Shown: in pieces, positions 38,348 through 48,049 of the stretch | Layout of the letters: each line of letters opens with the position of its first letter | Numbering within the stretch: position 1 is the stretch's first letter | Assembly (NCBI GenBank): GCA_037441675.1 | Contig: JBBIRS010000001.1 | Coordinates: forward strand, 256,001 to 320,000 | Source of the DNA: Planctomycetales bacterium | GTDB taxonomy: Bacteria > 4484-113 | Length of the DNA stretch: 64,000 bases | Direction of reading: 5' to 3' | Program-made: the position numbers and the translations under genes | The notes under the pieces: model-generated | What the model was told of the DNA's origin: nothing | Database searches by the model: none | What the model saw: only the letters and a program-made list of their open reading frames with translations

Positions 38348-39670
38348 ATGGCTGAGAAATTAAAAGAGGTAAAAGTTACTACCGCTCTTTGCGAAATCCC
38401 GGTCGCGCATAGAATTGATGTCTATGAGGCACACGGCGGATACCTTGCGCTTAAGAAGGCGATTAAGGAGATGAAGCCAGATGAGGTAATTGAGGAAGTG
38501 AAGAGAAGCGGATTGAGAGGCAAGGGCGGAGCTGGCTTTCCCGCCGGCTTAAAGTGGAGCTTTGTCCCCAAAGATTATGTTGGCCCTAAGTACTTGGCAT
38601 GCAATGCAGATGAGGGAGAGCCCGGAACTTTTAAGGATAGATACCTCATTGAAAAAAATCCGCATCAGGTGATTGAAGGTTGCATCATTGCCTCTTATGC
38701 TGTTGGGATTAGCCACTGTTACATTTACACGCGGGGAGAATTTTACTTAGGCAAGGAGCGCATGGAGGAAGCTATTGAAGATGCCTACCGCAAGGGATAT
38801 CTAGGAGAGAACATCCTCGGGAGTGGTTACAGTTTGGATATGGTTGTGCACACGGGTGCGGGCTCATACGAATGCGGAGAGGAGACCGCGCTCCTGACGA
38901 GCCTAGAGGGAGACAGGGGTCATCCGAAAATGAAACCGCCATTTCCCGCAACTCACGGAGCTTGGGGAAAGCCAACTGTGATTAACAACGTGGAGACGTT
39001 GGCAACAGTTCCGCCAATAATAAAAGAGGGAGCGGACTGGCATACATCTCTTGGTACGGACAAATCCCCTGGGATAAAGATAGTTTCCGTGTCAGGGCAT
39101 GTGGAACGTCCGGGAAATTATGAGGTTGAGTACGGAGTTCCAACTTCAAGCATTATCAACGACCTGGCGGGAGGCGTGTGGAAAGGCAGAAAGTTAAAAT
39201 GCTTCATCCCCGGTGGTAGTAGCACCCCCGCTCTTCCCGCGGAAAAGGTTGATATTCCCTATGACTATGAAAGTTTGGCGTCCGCTGGTTCTATGCTAGG
39301 TAGCGGTGCTCTTATTGTTTTTGATGAGACTACTGATATCGTTCGCGTGGCGGAGATTATCACCCGCTTTTATGCCTTAGAATCCTGTGGAAAATGCACT
39401 CCCTGCAGAGAGGGAACTCGGTGGATGCTTCAAATATACGAGCGCATTTTGAATGGCGCTGGAAGAATGGAAGATTTAGACTTACTCTTAGACATATGTG
39501 GTGGAGTTGAGTTTAAGTCCTTCTGCCCATTTGGTGATGCGACAGTCGGAATAGTTAGAAGCACCATAAATCTCTTCAGGGATGAATATGAGGATTACAT
39601 TAAAAACCATAAAGTCTATGAGAGGGAATTTATCCCCGTAAGGCATGGCGTAAATGGACGTAGCGGTTAA
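38348..39670 (+). CDS. nuoF: NADH-quinone oxidoreductase subunit F
   Basis: SGLRGKGGAGF, NADEGEPGTFKD, ESCGKCTPCREG. Confidence 0.95.
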   Translation: MAEKLKEVKVTTALCEIPVAHRIDVYEAHGGYLALKKAIKEMKPDEVIEEVKRSGLRGKGGAGFPAGLKWSFVPKDYVGPKYLACNADEGEPGTFKDRYLIEKNPHQVIEGCIIASYAVGISHCYIYTRGEFYLGKERMEEAIEDAYRKGYLGENILGSGYSLDMVVHTGAGSYECGEETALLTSLEGDRGHPKMKPPFPATHGAWGKPTVINNVETLATVPPIIKEGADWHTSLGTDKSPGIKIVSVSGHVERPGNYEVEYGVPTSSIINDLAGGVWKGRKLKCFIPGGSSTPALPAEKVDIPYDYESLASAGSMLGSGALIVFDETTDIVRVAEIITRFYALESCGKCTPCREGTRWMLQIYERILNGAGRMEDLDLLLDICGGVEFKSFCPFGDATVGIVRSTINLFRDEYEDYIKNHKVYEREFIPVRHGVNGRSG

Positions 39671-42095
39671 TAAGTTGGTTAAGGTAAACATTAACGGTAA
39701 GGACTATGAGCTTCTGGAAGGGATGTATCTTACGGAGGCGGTAAAGCCCATTGGGATTGAGATACCGCAGTTTTGCGCGCACAGATGGCTTGAGCCACTA
39801 GGCGCCTGCAGGATGTGCCTGGTGCGCGTGGAGAAAATGCCAAAGCTTCAAATTGCATGTGCCTTACCTGTGAGAGAAGGATTGGTTGTGACAACCGAAT
39901 CAGATGAGATTAGGCGTGCTCGCGAAGAGATGTTAGAGTTTCATCTCTTGAATCATCCCCTTGAATGCCCAGTTTGCGATAGAGGTGGTGAATGCCCGCT
40001 TCAGGATTTAACAGAACGCTACGGCAAATACCAAAGCAGATACATTGAGGAAAAGCTTATCCGCGCTGATACGAAGTTAAACCCATTTTTAAGGATGAAT
40101 TACAAACGTTGCATTCTATGCAAGCGATGCGTTAGGTATTGCGACGAGATTGCAGGTGACCATCTGATAGAGTTTGAGGATAGAGGCGGTTGGACAAAAG
40201 TTACAACCTTTCTTGGAACCGAAAGCCCCAATAGATTTAGCGGAAACATCATTGAACTCTGTCCAGTGGGAGCAATAACATCAATTCCTTTTAGGTTTCG
40301 CGGAAGGGCATGGGAGCTTGAAAAAACAAGGACAGTATGTAACCAATGCTCAGTAGGATGCAACTTAGAGCTACACACGAGGCTCGGCTCTCTTCAGAGA
40401 ATAGTGCCTGCGGTGAATGAAGTGTTGGATGATGGGCACATTTGCGATAGAGGTAGGTTCGCATACGGATGGGTGCATTCCGATGCGAGGATAAGAAAAC
40501 CATCATTGAAAGATAACGGTGGATTTACTGAAATAAGCTGGAGCGAGGCGGAGTCAATTGTCGCCCAGAAAATTCGGGATACTGTGCGGGATTATGGAGG
40601 TGATGCTATTGGGATTATCGCGGGCAATTCCCTCACGAACGAGGACTATTATGCCCTGCGACTTTTTGCGGAGCATGGAGTTGGAACTAAGAACGTATCA
40701 TTCAGTGAAGATATTTGCGGGCTTTCAGCCGAGCATGCTCAGCTTGTCAATGTAATGCTCTCTAAAGTTGGATGCGTTGAAGACATTATGAATAGCGAGT
40801 TAATAGTTCTTATTGGTGCGGATGTTCTTGAGGAGGCGCCGGTGTTGGGCTTAAGGGTTGAGGAGGCGGTGCGAAAACGCGGAGCTACCCTTGCCTCCAT
40901 CTCTTCTTATAACCACGACAGCGAAAGATATGCTAACACTCTCGTTAGAATTAAACCTGGAGCCTTTATCTTCGGTGAATCAGCCTTTAGCTCTGAAGAA
41001 TTTTCAAAACTTAGATATGAATTTGAAAACAGAAGAAGGATTAGCCTAATTTTTGGGCAGGAACTCCTCTGTGGACCATCGCCCATAAAAAGCATAAAGG
41101 CGGTTTATCAGCTAGCACAAAGAATTGAAAGAATAAGGCAGGAACGGCAAAATCCATTAGAAAGACTAACAGTTACACCAATCTTTAGAGGCGCAAATTC
41201 CCTTGGCGCTCTCATCCTAAGCCTTAAGCTTGGTGTGCCCAATCAATTTGAGAGTATGACCAATATTCTTAAGAAGGCGACTACAGGCGAGGTAAAACTA
41301 CTCTACCTCGTTGGGGTAAATCCCATAATCGAGTATCCCAACGGCAGGTTGGCGAAAGAAGCTTTTTCAAAAGCAGAGTTCATTGTTGCGCAGGATTTAT
41401 TCCTAACAGAAAGTTCCGCGCTTGCGGACATAATCTTGCCCGTAAGTCCATGGATTTTTAGGGATGGCACTTATTTCAACTTTGAAGGAAGACTCCAACG
41501 GGCGAATAGTTGTCCACTTACGGATGTTGTGCCAAGTGATCTGGAACTCTTCAACCGTTTGTTGATTTCTATGGGTAAGGGTAGTCAGTTTGTTCTACCT
41601 GATGAGCTTTTTGCAAAACTTGCGCGCGAGGCGGATTTCATCCCAGTCAAGCAACTAGCTGACATACCTAAGGCTGGCATATTAACCCACTTTGAAAGTG
41701 AAGCTCACAGTTTTGAAGGCATAGAAGCCATATCCACCGCTGAAGAAGTATGTTCATCTAATAGCGAGCCACTCAAGGAATTTCCATTCTATCTAGTGCC
41801 TAAACATTATCTATTCAGAAATTCCGTTAAGGTTCGCCATACAAAGTGGATGCAGGAGGTAGTGCCGAAGGATTGGGCAATTCTAAATTATGAAGATGCT
41901 CAGGAGCTTGGCATTTCTGAGGGAGATGAAGTTGTGGTTGAGTCAAAAGTTGGCTCGTTATATTTTTCCGCCAAAATGTCGGAGCAGGTGCCTCGCAAGG
42001 TTGTTATCATTGATAGAAATATTCAAGATAAAGCGATAAATTCGCTCGTTTCCAAAGAGGATGTAGCGTTTTCGGTAAGGATCAAGAAGGCATAA
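39654..42095 (+). CDS. nuoG: NADH-quinone oxidoreductase subunit G (with N7 cluster motif)
   Basis: GACRMC, HPLECPVCDRGGEC, CILCKRC, CNQCSVGC..CDRGRF. Confidence 0.93.
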   Translation: MDVAVNKLVKVNINGKDYELLEGMYLTEAVKPIGIEIPQFCAHRWLEPLGACRMCLVRVEKMPKLQIACALPVREGLVVTTESDEIRRAREEMLEFHLLNHPLECPVCDRGGECPLQDLTERYGKYQSRYIEEKLIRADTKLNPFLRMNYKRCILCKRCVRYCDEIAGDHLIEFEDRGGWTKVTTFLGTESPNRFSGNIIELCPVGAITSIPFRFRGRAWELEKTRTVCNQCSVGCNLELHTRLGSLQRIVPAVNEVLDDGHICDRGRFAYGWVHSDARIRKPSLKDNGGFTEISWSEAESIVAQKIRDTVRDYGGDAIGIIAGNSLTNEDYYALRLFAEHGVGTKNVSFSEDICGLSAEHAQLVNVMLSKVGCVEDIMNSELIVLIGADVLEEAPVLGLRVEEAVRKRGATLASISSYNHDSERYANTLVRIKPGAFIFGESAFSSEEFSKLRYEFENRRRISLIFGQELLCGPSPIKSIKAVYQLAQRIERIRQERQNPLERLTVTPIFRGANSLGALILSLKLGVPNQFESMTNILKKATTGEVKLLYLVGVNPIIEYPNGRLAKEAFSKAEFIVAQDLFLTESSALADIILPVSPWIFRDGTYFNFEGRLQRANSCPLTDVVPSDLELFNRLLISMGKGSQFVLPDELFAKLAREADFIPVKQLADIPKAGILTHFESEAHSFEGIEAISTAEEVCSSNSEPLKEFPFYLVPKHYLFRNSVKVRHTKWMQEVVPKDWAILNYEDAQELGISEGDEVVVESKVGSLYFSAKMSEQVPRKVVIIDRNIQDKAINSLVSKEDVAFSVRIKKA

Positions 42096-43072
42096 TGGCA
42101 GTTACAGAATTTATATGGGTTTTGGTGAAGATTTTAATAATTTTAGGTGGATTACTCACCACGGTCGCGTACTTGACCTACCTTGAGAGAAGGTTAATTG
42201 CTTTCTTTCAGTGGAGATTAGGTCCAAATAGGGTAGGACCGCTTGGACTACTTCAACCGCTGGCGGATGCGGTGAAACTGCTCTTGAAGCAGGAGCTCGT
42301 TCCATCAAATGCGGACAGGTTTATTTATATGCTAGCGCCAATGTTATCCTTTATTACCGCAGGTGCTGTTATTGGCATTATCCCAATCACCGACAAGTTT
42401 TTTATCTCTGATGTTAGGGTGGGGATTTTGCTCTTCCTAGCCCTTTCATCACTAGGAACTTACGGGATTATCCTAGCAGGCTGGAGCAGTGGAAGCAAAT
42501 ATTCATTCCTAGGAGCTCTTCGTTCCTGCGCTCAGATGATAAGTTACGAGCTAGCGCTAGGTCTCAGCATTATCGGTGTTGTCCTAATGGCTGGAACATT
42601 CTCTTTGAGGGAGATAGTTCAAATTCAGGATAAACTCTGGTTTGCGGTTCCACAAGTCCTTGGTTTTATAGTTTTCTTAATTGCGGGATTTGCGGAAACG
42701 AACCGAGCACCCTTTGACTTACCGGAAGCTGAAAGCGAACTTGTCGCAGGTTATCACACCGAGTATTCCTCTATGAAGTTTGCTATGTTCTTCCTTGCTG
42801 AGTATACCGCCATCATCAATATCTCCCTCCTTGCGACAGTTCTATTTCTAGGAGGCTGGAATGGACCAAGTATCTTTGGTTCACTTCTCCTTCTAAATAA
42901 CCTATTCTGGTTTTTCCTCAAGGTATTTCTCGTGATATTCTTTTTTATCTGGGTTAGGGCGACTTTGCCCAGATTTAGATACGACCATCTAATGAAATTT
43001 GGTTGGTTAGTGCTTTTCCCTCTAGCTTTAATTAATATTTTAGTAACGGGAGGAACTAAGGCGTTTGGCTAA
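42095..43072 (+). CDS. nuoH: NADH-quinone oxidoreductase subunit H
   Basis: GPNRVGPLGLLQ and ETNRAPFDLPEAESELVAG. Confidence 0.95.
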   Translation: MAVTEFIWVLVKILIILGGLLTTVAYLTYLERRLIAFFQWRLGPNRVGPLGLLQPLADAVKLLLKQELVPSNADRFIYMLAPMLSFITAGAVIGIIPITDKFFISDVRVGILLFLALSSLGTYGIILAGWSSGSKYSFLGALRSCAQMISYELALGLSIIGVVLMAGTFSLREIVQIQDKLWFAVPQVLGFIVFLIAGFAETNRAPFDLPEAESELVAGYHTEYSSMKFAMFFLAEYTAIINISLLATVLFLGGWNGPSIFGSLLLLNNLFWFFLKVFLVIFFFIWVRATLPRFRYDHLMKFGWLVLFPLALINILVTGGTKAFG

Positions 43073-43095
43073 TATAAGCGCCTTTTAAGCTTGAA

Positions 43096-43605
43096 TTGAA
43101 AAAGTCTCTGAAAAGTAGGCTGAACATAATCGCAATTCTTAAGGGACTTGCGACTACCCTTAGGCAGTTTGCGGGAACTGGTTTTGGCTTTGGCCCAAAG
43201 CGTGTTACATTCACATATCCAGAGGTAAAACCAAAGCTTCATCCTCGCTTTAGAGGCCTTCACAGGCTTGAGAGGTACACCGAAGGTCCTTACAAAGGAC
43301 TAGAGAAATGCATAGGCTGTTCACTCTGTGCTTCCGCTTGTCCAGCAAATGTCATCACCGTTGTTGCCGCGGAGAATGACCCCGAAAATCCAATCTCGCC
43401 AGGCGAAAGGTACGCCCTTATATATGATATGGATATACTAAGGTGCATTTTCTGCGGACTTTGCGTAGAAGCTTGCCCAACTGAAGCTATCGTGATGAAG
43501 CATGATTACGAGCTTGCAAATGATAGCCGAGGAGGACCTCAGTTTGGCGAGAATAAATTCATATATCATAAGGAAGACCTATTGGATAGGGAGTTCTACT
43601 GGTGA
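43096..43605 (+). CDS. nuoI: NADH-quinone oxidoreductase subunit I
   Basis: CIGCSLCASACP and CIFCGLCVEACP. Confidence 0.95.
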   Translation: MKKSLKSRLNIIAILKGLATTLRQFAGTGFGFGPKRVTFTYPEVKPKLHPRFRGLHRLERYTEGPYKGLEKCIGCSLCASACPANVITVVAAENDPENPISPGERYALIYDMDILRCIFCGLCVEACPTEAIVMKHDYELANDSRGGPQFGENKFIYHKEDLLDREFYW

Positions 43606-44189
43606 GTTTATTAGAAGCGCTAACCTTTTTCCCATTGGCAATTCTAGCAGTAATCGGAGCGGTCGGAATGGTGGTTGCTAGAAACCCAGTTCATTCTGCG
43701 CTGTTTTTGATACTGAACTTCTTTGCGCTTGCGGGAATTTTTCTAACCCTGTTAGCTCCTTTACTGGCGGTTCTTCAGGTAATTGTTTACGCAGGGGCAA
43801 TTATGGTTTTGTTCCTGTATGCGGTTTTCTTCTTCATTCAACCCGGACAAAGGTTTACCTTAGCCTATAGCCTACCCGCCCAGGCTCTTCTTGGCAGTCT
43901 TGTCATTATTGTTCTTTTTACCTTAATGCTTTATACCCTTTATCGTGGCAGCTTGTTTAGCGTTCCAAGCATCGGGGCTGCGGAGTCCTTTAAGCGCGGG
44001 GAGATATTTCCCATCAACGCTTTTGGAAGCGTCCTTTTCTCTAGATACCTTCTCCCCTTTGAGCTTACCTCACTTTTGCTTCTCTCCGCGATGATAGGCG
44101 CAGTTGTTATGACAAGAGCTCCCCGGAATAAAAACATTCTTCAGAAGAAAGGGATAACCACAGAAGCTCAAGGATCAAAGGATGAATGA
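43602..44189 (+). CDS. nuoJ: NADH-quinone oxidoreductase subunit J
   Basis: NPVHSAL, QVIVYAGAIMVLFL, PFELTSLLL. Confidence 0.93.
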   Translation: MSLLEALTFFPLAILAVIGAVGMVVARNPVHSALFLILNFFALAGIFLTLLAPLLAVLQVIVYAGAIMVLFLYAVFFFIQPGQRFTLAYSLPAQALLGSLVIIVLFTLMLYTLYRGSLFSVPSIGAAESFKRGEIFPINAFGSVLFSRYLLPFELTSLLLLSAMIGAVVMTRAPRNKNILQKKGITTEAQGSKDE

Positions 44190-44487
44190 CATAGTTGATT
44201 ATTCGGTGGTTCTATCGTTGCTTCTTTTCTCCATTGGAATTTTAGGCGTGATAGTTCGTCGGCATCCTATTGTTATGTTTATGGCGATTGAGTTAATGCT
44301 GAATGCTGGAAATCTTCTTTTTATTGCCTTTGCGCGACATTTGGCGGAAGTTAACGGTCAGATTTACGCACTCATTATGATGGCGGTAGCCGCGGCAGAG
44401 GTGGCGGTTGGCCTTGCTATCATTGTAGCTTTGTATAAGTACCGCGCGGAAGTTGATGTGGATGCCATTAGCGCTTTTAAGGGATAA
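44182..44487 (+). CDS. nuoK: NADH-quinone oxidoreductase subunit K
   Basis: IELMLNA and AAAEVAVGLA. Confidence 0.95.
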   Translation: MNDIVDYSVVLSLLLFSIGILGVIVRRHPIVMFMAIELMLNAGNLLFIAFARHLAEVNGQIYALIMMAVAAAEVAVGLAIIVALYKYRAEVDVDAISAFKG

Positions 44488-44492
44488 CTAAG

Positions 44493-46466
44493 GTGTCGTA
44501 CATCCACCTGGCAATTGTTTGGCCATTAGTTGGAGCCTCGGTTAATGGCTTATTTGGAAAGTGGCTCCCCAAAAAGCTCGCCTCCTTTATCGCTTGCTTT
44601 TCAGTGCTACTATCCTTCCTGGCTTCCTTTTTGGCGTTAGTTATGTATTTAATGGGGATAGGCGCGCTAGGTCCTAGCGGTCAATACATTTATACACTTT
44701 ACAGTTGGATAAACGTATCAGGCTTTACCTCCGATTTTGGCTTCCTCGTTGACCCTCTCTCACTGCTTATGGCGAATACTGTCTCCTTCGTTTCTTTTCT
44801 CATCCACGTTTACTCCATCGGATATATGGAGAAGGATGAAGGCTTTACCCGCTATTTCACTTATCTGAACCTGTTCGTGGCAATGATGATGCTCCTTGTG
44901 ACTTCAGAAAACCTGGTGATGATGTTTGTAGGCTGGGAGGGAGTTGGACTTTGCTCCTATCTGCTGATAGGTTTTTGGTACAGGAACAAAGCGCCACAAA
45001 GGGCTGGTGTGAAAGCTTTCGTTGTAAACCGTGTGGGGGATTTTGCGTTCCTTTTAGGCATATTTCTCGTATATGCCATCTTTGATACTGTTAGGTTTAG
45101 TGAACTTGCAAAGATCTTAGGAACTCAAGTTAGCATAAGTCCTTATCTAATGACAGTAATTGCTCTTCTCCTTTTTGGTGGTGCAGTTGGGAAGAGCGCG
45201 CAGTTTCCACTTTACGTCTGGCTACCTGATGCTATGGAAGGTCCCACGCCTGTTTCAGCGTTAATCCATGCTGCCACAATGGTTACCGCTGGAGTTTATT
45301 TAGTTGCAAGATTGAATTTTCTCTTTACCTGGTCACAGTTCGCAATGCTTATAGTCGCGGTTATTGGCGCATTCACCGCAATCTTCTCTGCATCAATGGC
45401 TCTTGTTAATAACGATATTAAGCGCGTTCTCGCCTACTCAACAATCAGCCAGTTAGGTTATATGTTTTTATCCGCCGGCTTGGGAGCATACCCTGTGGCG
45501 ATCTTTCATCTCTTTAGCAATGCGTTTATGAAGGCGCTTTTGTTCCTCTCCTCCGGGGCGGTTATTCACGCCTTGAACGATGAGCTTGATATGAGAAGAA
45601 TGGGTGGCTTGGCAAAGTATATGCCTAAAACATACGCAAATTATCTAATTGGCGCAATGGCAATTTCAGGTATTCCGCTCCTTGCTGGCTTCTTCAGTAA
45701 GGACGCTATTCTGTATTCAGCCTATACTTCCACGCCTCTCTCCTTTCCAAGTGTTGGCAAAATCCTTTGGATTGTTGGAGTGTTGACTGCGATTCTCACC
45801 GCTTATTATATGTTCAGGCAGATCTATCTAGTTTTCCTCACTCCTCCAAGGTTTAACCCTTCCCTACATCCGCATGATCCACCCAATGTGATGCTAGTGC
45901 CAATGTGGATACTATCCCTTGGAAGTGTGCTGGTTGGGTATCTAGGATTGCCAGTGCTTTTTACTAGCATTCTTGGCGTACCCAACGTTCTTATGCCTTT
46001 CCTCAATAGGGTTTTGCATTCAGTAACTGTGACCGCGCATAAGGTTGGTGAGCCCATATCTAACAAAGAACTTGTTGGGGAGGCAATTGTTACTTTAGTT
46101 TCGGTCATTTCAGCGCTTTTAGGATTATTTCTCGCCCATTACTTTTACAAGCTTCGCTATGGAATAACGGAGAAGCTAAAGCGAATTTTCAAAGAGCCAT
46201 ACCTTACACTTTTGAATAAATATTATGTTGATGAGTTCTATAACGGGCTTTTTGTGGTGAATGGGAAAAGGTTCGCTGATTTCTTAGATGCTGAGGTTGA
46301 CAGGGGAGTAGTTGATGGTTTTGCAAACTTTATTGCATTTTTCATTGGAGCTCTAGGTCAGCTCTTAAGAAGTCTGCAAACAGGTTTAATTAGAAACTAT
46401 GCCTGGTACATCTGTGTGGGAGCAATTATTCTCATCGTTCTTCTCTTCAGGGGTGTAATAACATAA
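44493..46466 (+). CDS. nuoL: NADH-quinone oxidoreductase subunit L
   Basis: GWEGVGLCSY and KSAQFPLYVWLPDAMEGPTPVSALIHAATMV. Confidence 0.95.
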   Translation: MSYIHLAIVWPLVGASVNGLFGKWLPKKLASFIACFSVLLSFLASFLALVMYLMGIGALGPSGQYIYTLYSWINVSGFTSDFGFLVDPLSLLMANTVSFVSFLIHVYSIGYMEKDEGFTRYFTYLNLFVAMMMLLVTSENLVMMFVGWEGVGLCSYLLIGFWYRNKAPQRAGVKAFVVNRVGDFAFLLGIFLVYAIFDTVRFSELAKILGTQVSISPYLMTVIALLLFGGAVGKSAQFPLYVWLPDAMEGPTPVSALIHAATMVTAGVYLVARLNFLFTWSQFAMLIVAVIGAFTAIFSASMALVNNDIKRVLAYSTISQLGYMFLSAGLGAYPVAIFHLFSNAFMKALLFLSSGAVIHALNDELDMRRMGGLAKYMPKTYANYLIGAMAISGIPLLAGFFSKDAILYSAYTSTPLSFPSVGKILWIVGVLTAILTAYYMFRQIYLVFLTPPRFNPSLHPHDPPNVMLVPMWILSLGSVLVGYLGLPVLFTSILGVPNVLMPFLNRVLHSVTVTAHKVGEPISNKELVGEAIVTLVSVISALLGLFLAHYFYKLRYGITEKLKRIFKEPYLTLLNKYYVDEFYNGLFVVNGKRFADFLDAEVDRGVVDGFANFIAFFIGALGQLLRSLQTGLIRNYAWYICVGAIILIVLLFRGVIT

Positions 46467-48049
46467 TGCTATATCAGGCAACAATCCCCATCCTCTCAAT
46501 TCTCATCTTTACACCGCTAATTGGTGCGCTAATTATGCTCTTTTCTGCCACCCACAGCATAAAGTTTCACCGCTTCTTCTCCCTTACCATCTCTATCATC
46601 GCATTTCTTATCTCGGTTGGCATTCTTCCATTCCTGAAGGACTTAGGCACCTTCAACCTTGAAGAGATATACACTTGGCTTCCTCAGATTGGCGCATCAT
46701 ATCACCTTGGTATTGATGGCATTTCCCTCTGGCTCGTTTTACTAACCACCTTCTTATTTCCCATCACAATTCTTTACAGCTTCGGCTCAGTTCACTTCAG
46801 AGAGAAGGAGTATTACATCCTTCTTCTCATCACCGAGACAGCGCTTCTTGGCACATTTCTTGCTTTGGATTTAGTTCTCTTCTTCTTCTTCTGGGAAGGC
46901 GTTCTAATTCCTATGTATCTTCTAATAGGCATCTGGGGAAGCGGTAAACGAATCTACGCCGCAATGAAATTTGTCCTCTTTACAGTTGTGGGTAGCCTCT
47001 TTATGCTAGTAGGCATTATCGGCATCTTCGTCTACTCAAATCAATTTGGTCCTTCAACCTTTGACTTTGTGAAATTAAGAAATATTCCTATTCCCCTTGA
47101 GTTACAGACTTGGCTATTTTTAGCGTTTACCTTAGGATTTGCCATAAAGGTTCCAACTTTTCCCGTTCACACATGGCTACCCGATGCGCATACCGAAGCC
47201 CCAACCGCAGGCTCAGTGATACTAGCAGGAGTTCTTCTAAAGATGGGGGCCTACGGATTACTAAGGTTCTCAGTAGGGCTTTTCCCTGCCGCTGCCATCA
47301 AGTTTTCACCTTCTCTGATGGCTCTAGGCGTAGTAGGGATTATTTATGCCGGTATCATTTGCGCCGTTCAGACAGACTTAAAAAGGCTTGTCGCCTATTC
47401 TTCCATTGCCCATATGGGATTTATTGTGCTTGGCATATTCTCTATGAATTCAATAGCGCAGAGTGGAGCGGTGATTCAGATGGTGAATCACGGGCTATCC
47501 ACAGGCGCGCTATTCCTTCTAGTTGGTATGCTTTATGATAGAAGGCACACTCGGGAGATTGCGGAGTTCGGTGGGCTTGCGATCCCAATGCCTGTCTTTT
47601 ACAACTTCTTCCTCGTGGTTATGCTTTCTAGTATTGGCTTACCCGCCCTGAACGGTTTCATTGGCGAGTTTCTAATTCTTCTTGGCGCATTCCAGGTCAA
47701 TTACTACCTTGCAGGTGTGGGAACATTTGGAGTGATTCTTTCCGCTGTTTACTTCCTCTACAATTTTCGGCGAGTCTTTCATGGGGAATGTTACTCTTCA
47801 GAGAATCGTTTACTTAAGGACTTAAATTTGCGCGAGATTCTCGCTCTTGCGCCAATTGTGCTTATGATATTTCTCATCGGACTTTATCCACGACCATTTT
47901 TGAAAAGAACGGAGCCATCCATAAATGAAGTTGTAATGAGAGTTAATCGGGCGGGCGCTATCCTTTATCTTAGCCCAACCGAGAGGGCACAAAAGGAAGA
48001 TGTTTCAAAACTCATTAATCTAAACCTTACTGAGAATTTAGTGAAATGA
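46466..48049 (+). CDS. nuoM: NADH-quinone oxidoreductase subunit M
   Basis: HTWLPDAHTEAPTAGS and LVAYSSIAHMG. Confidence 0.95.
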   Translation: MLYQATIPILSILIFTPLIGALIMLFSATHSIKFHRFFSLTISIIAFLISVGILPFLKDLGTFNLEEIYTWLPQIGASYHLGIDGISLWLVLLTTFLFPITILYSFGSVHFREKEYYILLLITETALLGTFLALDLVLFFFFWEGVLIPMYLLIGIWGSGKRIYAAMKFVLFTVVGSLFMLVGIIGIFVYSNQFGPSTFDFVKLRNIPIPLELQTWLFLAFTLGFAIKVPTFPVHTWLPDAHTEAPTAGSVILAGVLLKMGAYGLLRFSVGLFPAAAIKFSPSLMALGVVGIIYAGIICAVQTDLKRLVAYSSIAHMGFIVLGIFSMNSIAQSGAVIQMVNHGLSTGALFLLVGMLYDRRHTREIAEFGGLAIPMPVFYNFFLVVMLSSIGLPALNGFIGEFLILLGAFQVNYYLAGVGTFGVILSAVYFLYNFRRVFHGECYSSENRLLKDLNLREILALAPIVLMIFLIGLYPRPFLKRTEPSINEVVMRVNRAGAILYLSPTERAQKEDVSKLINLNLTENLVK

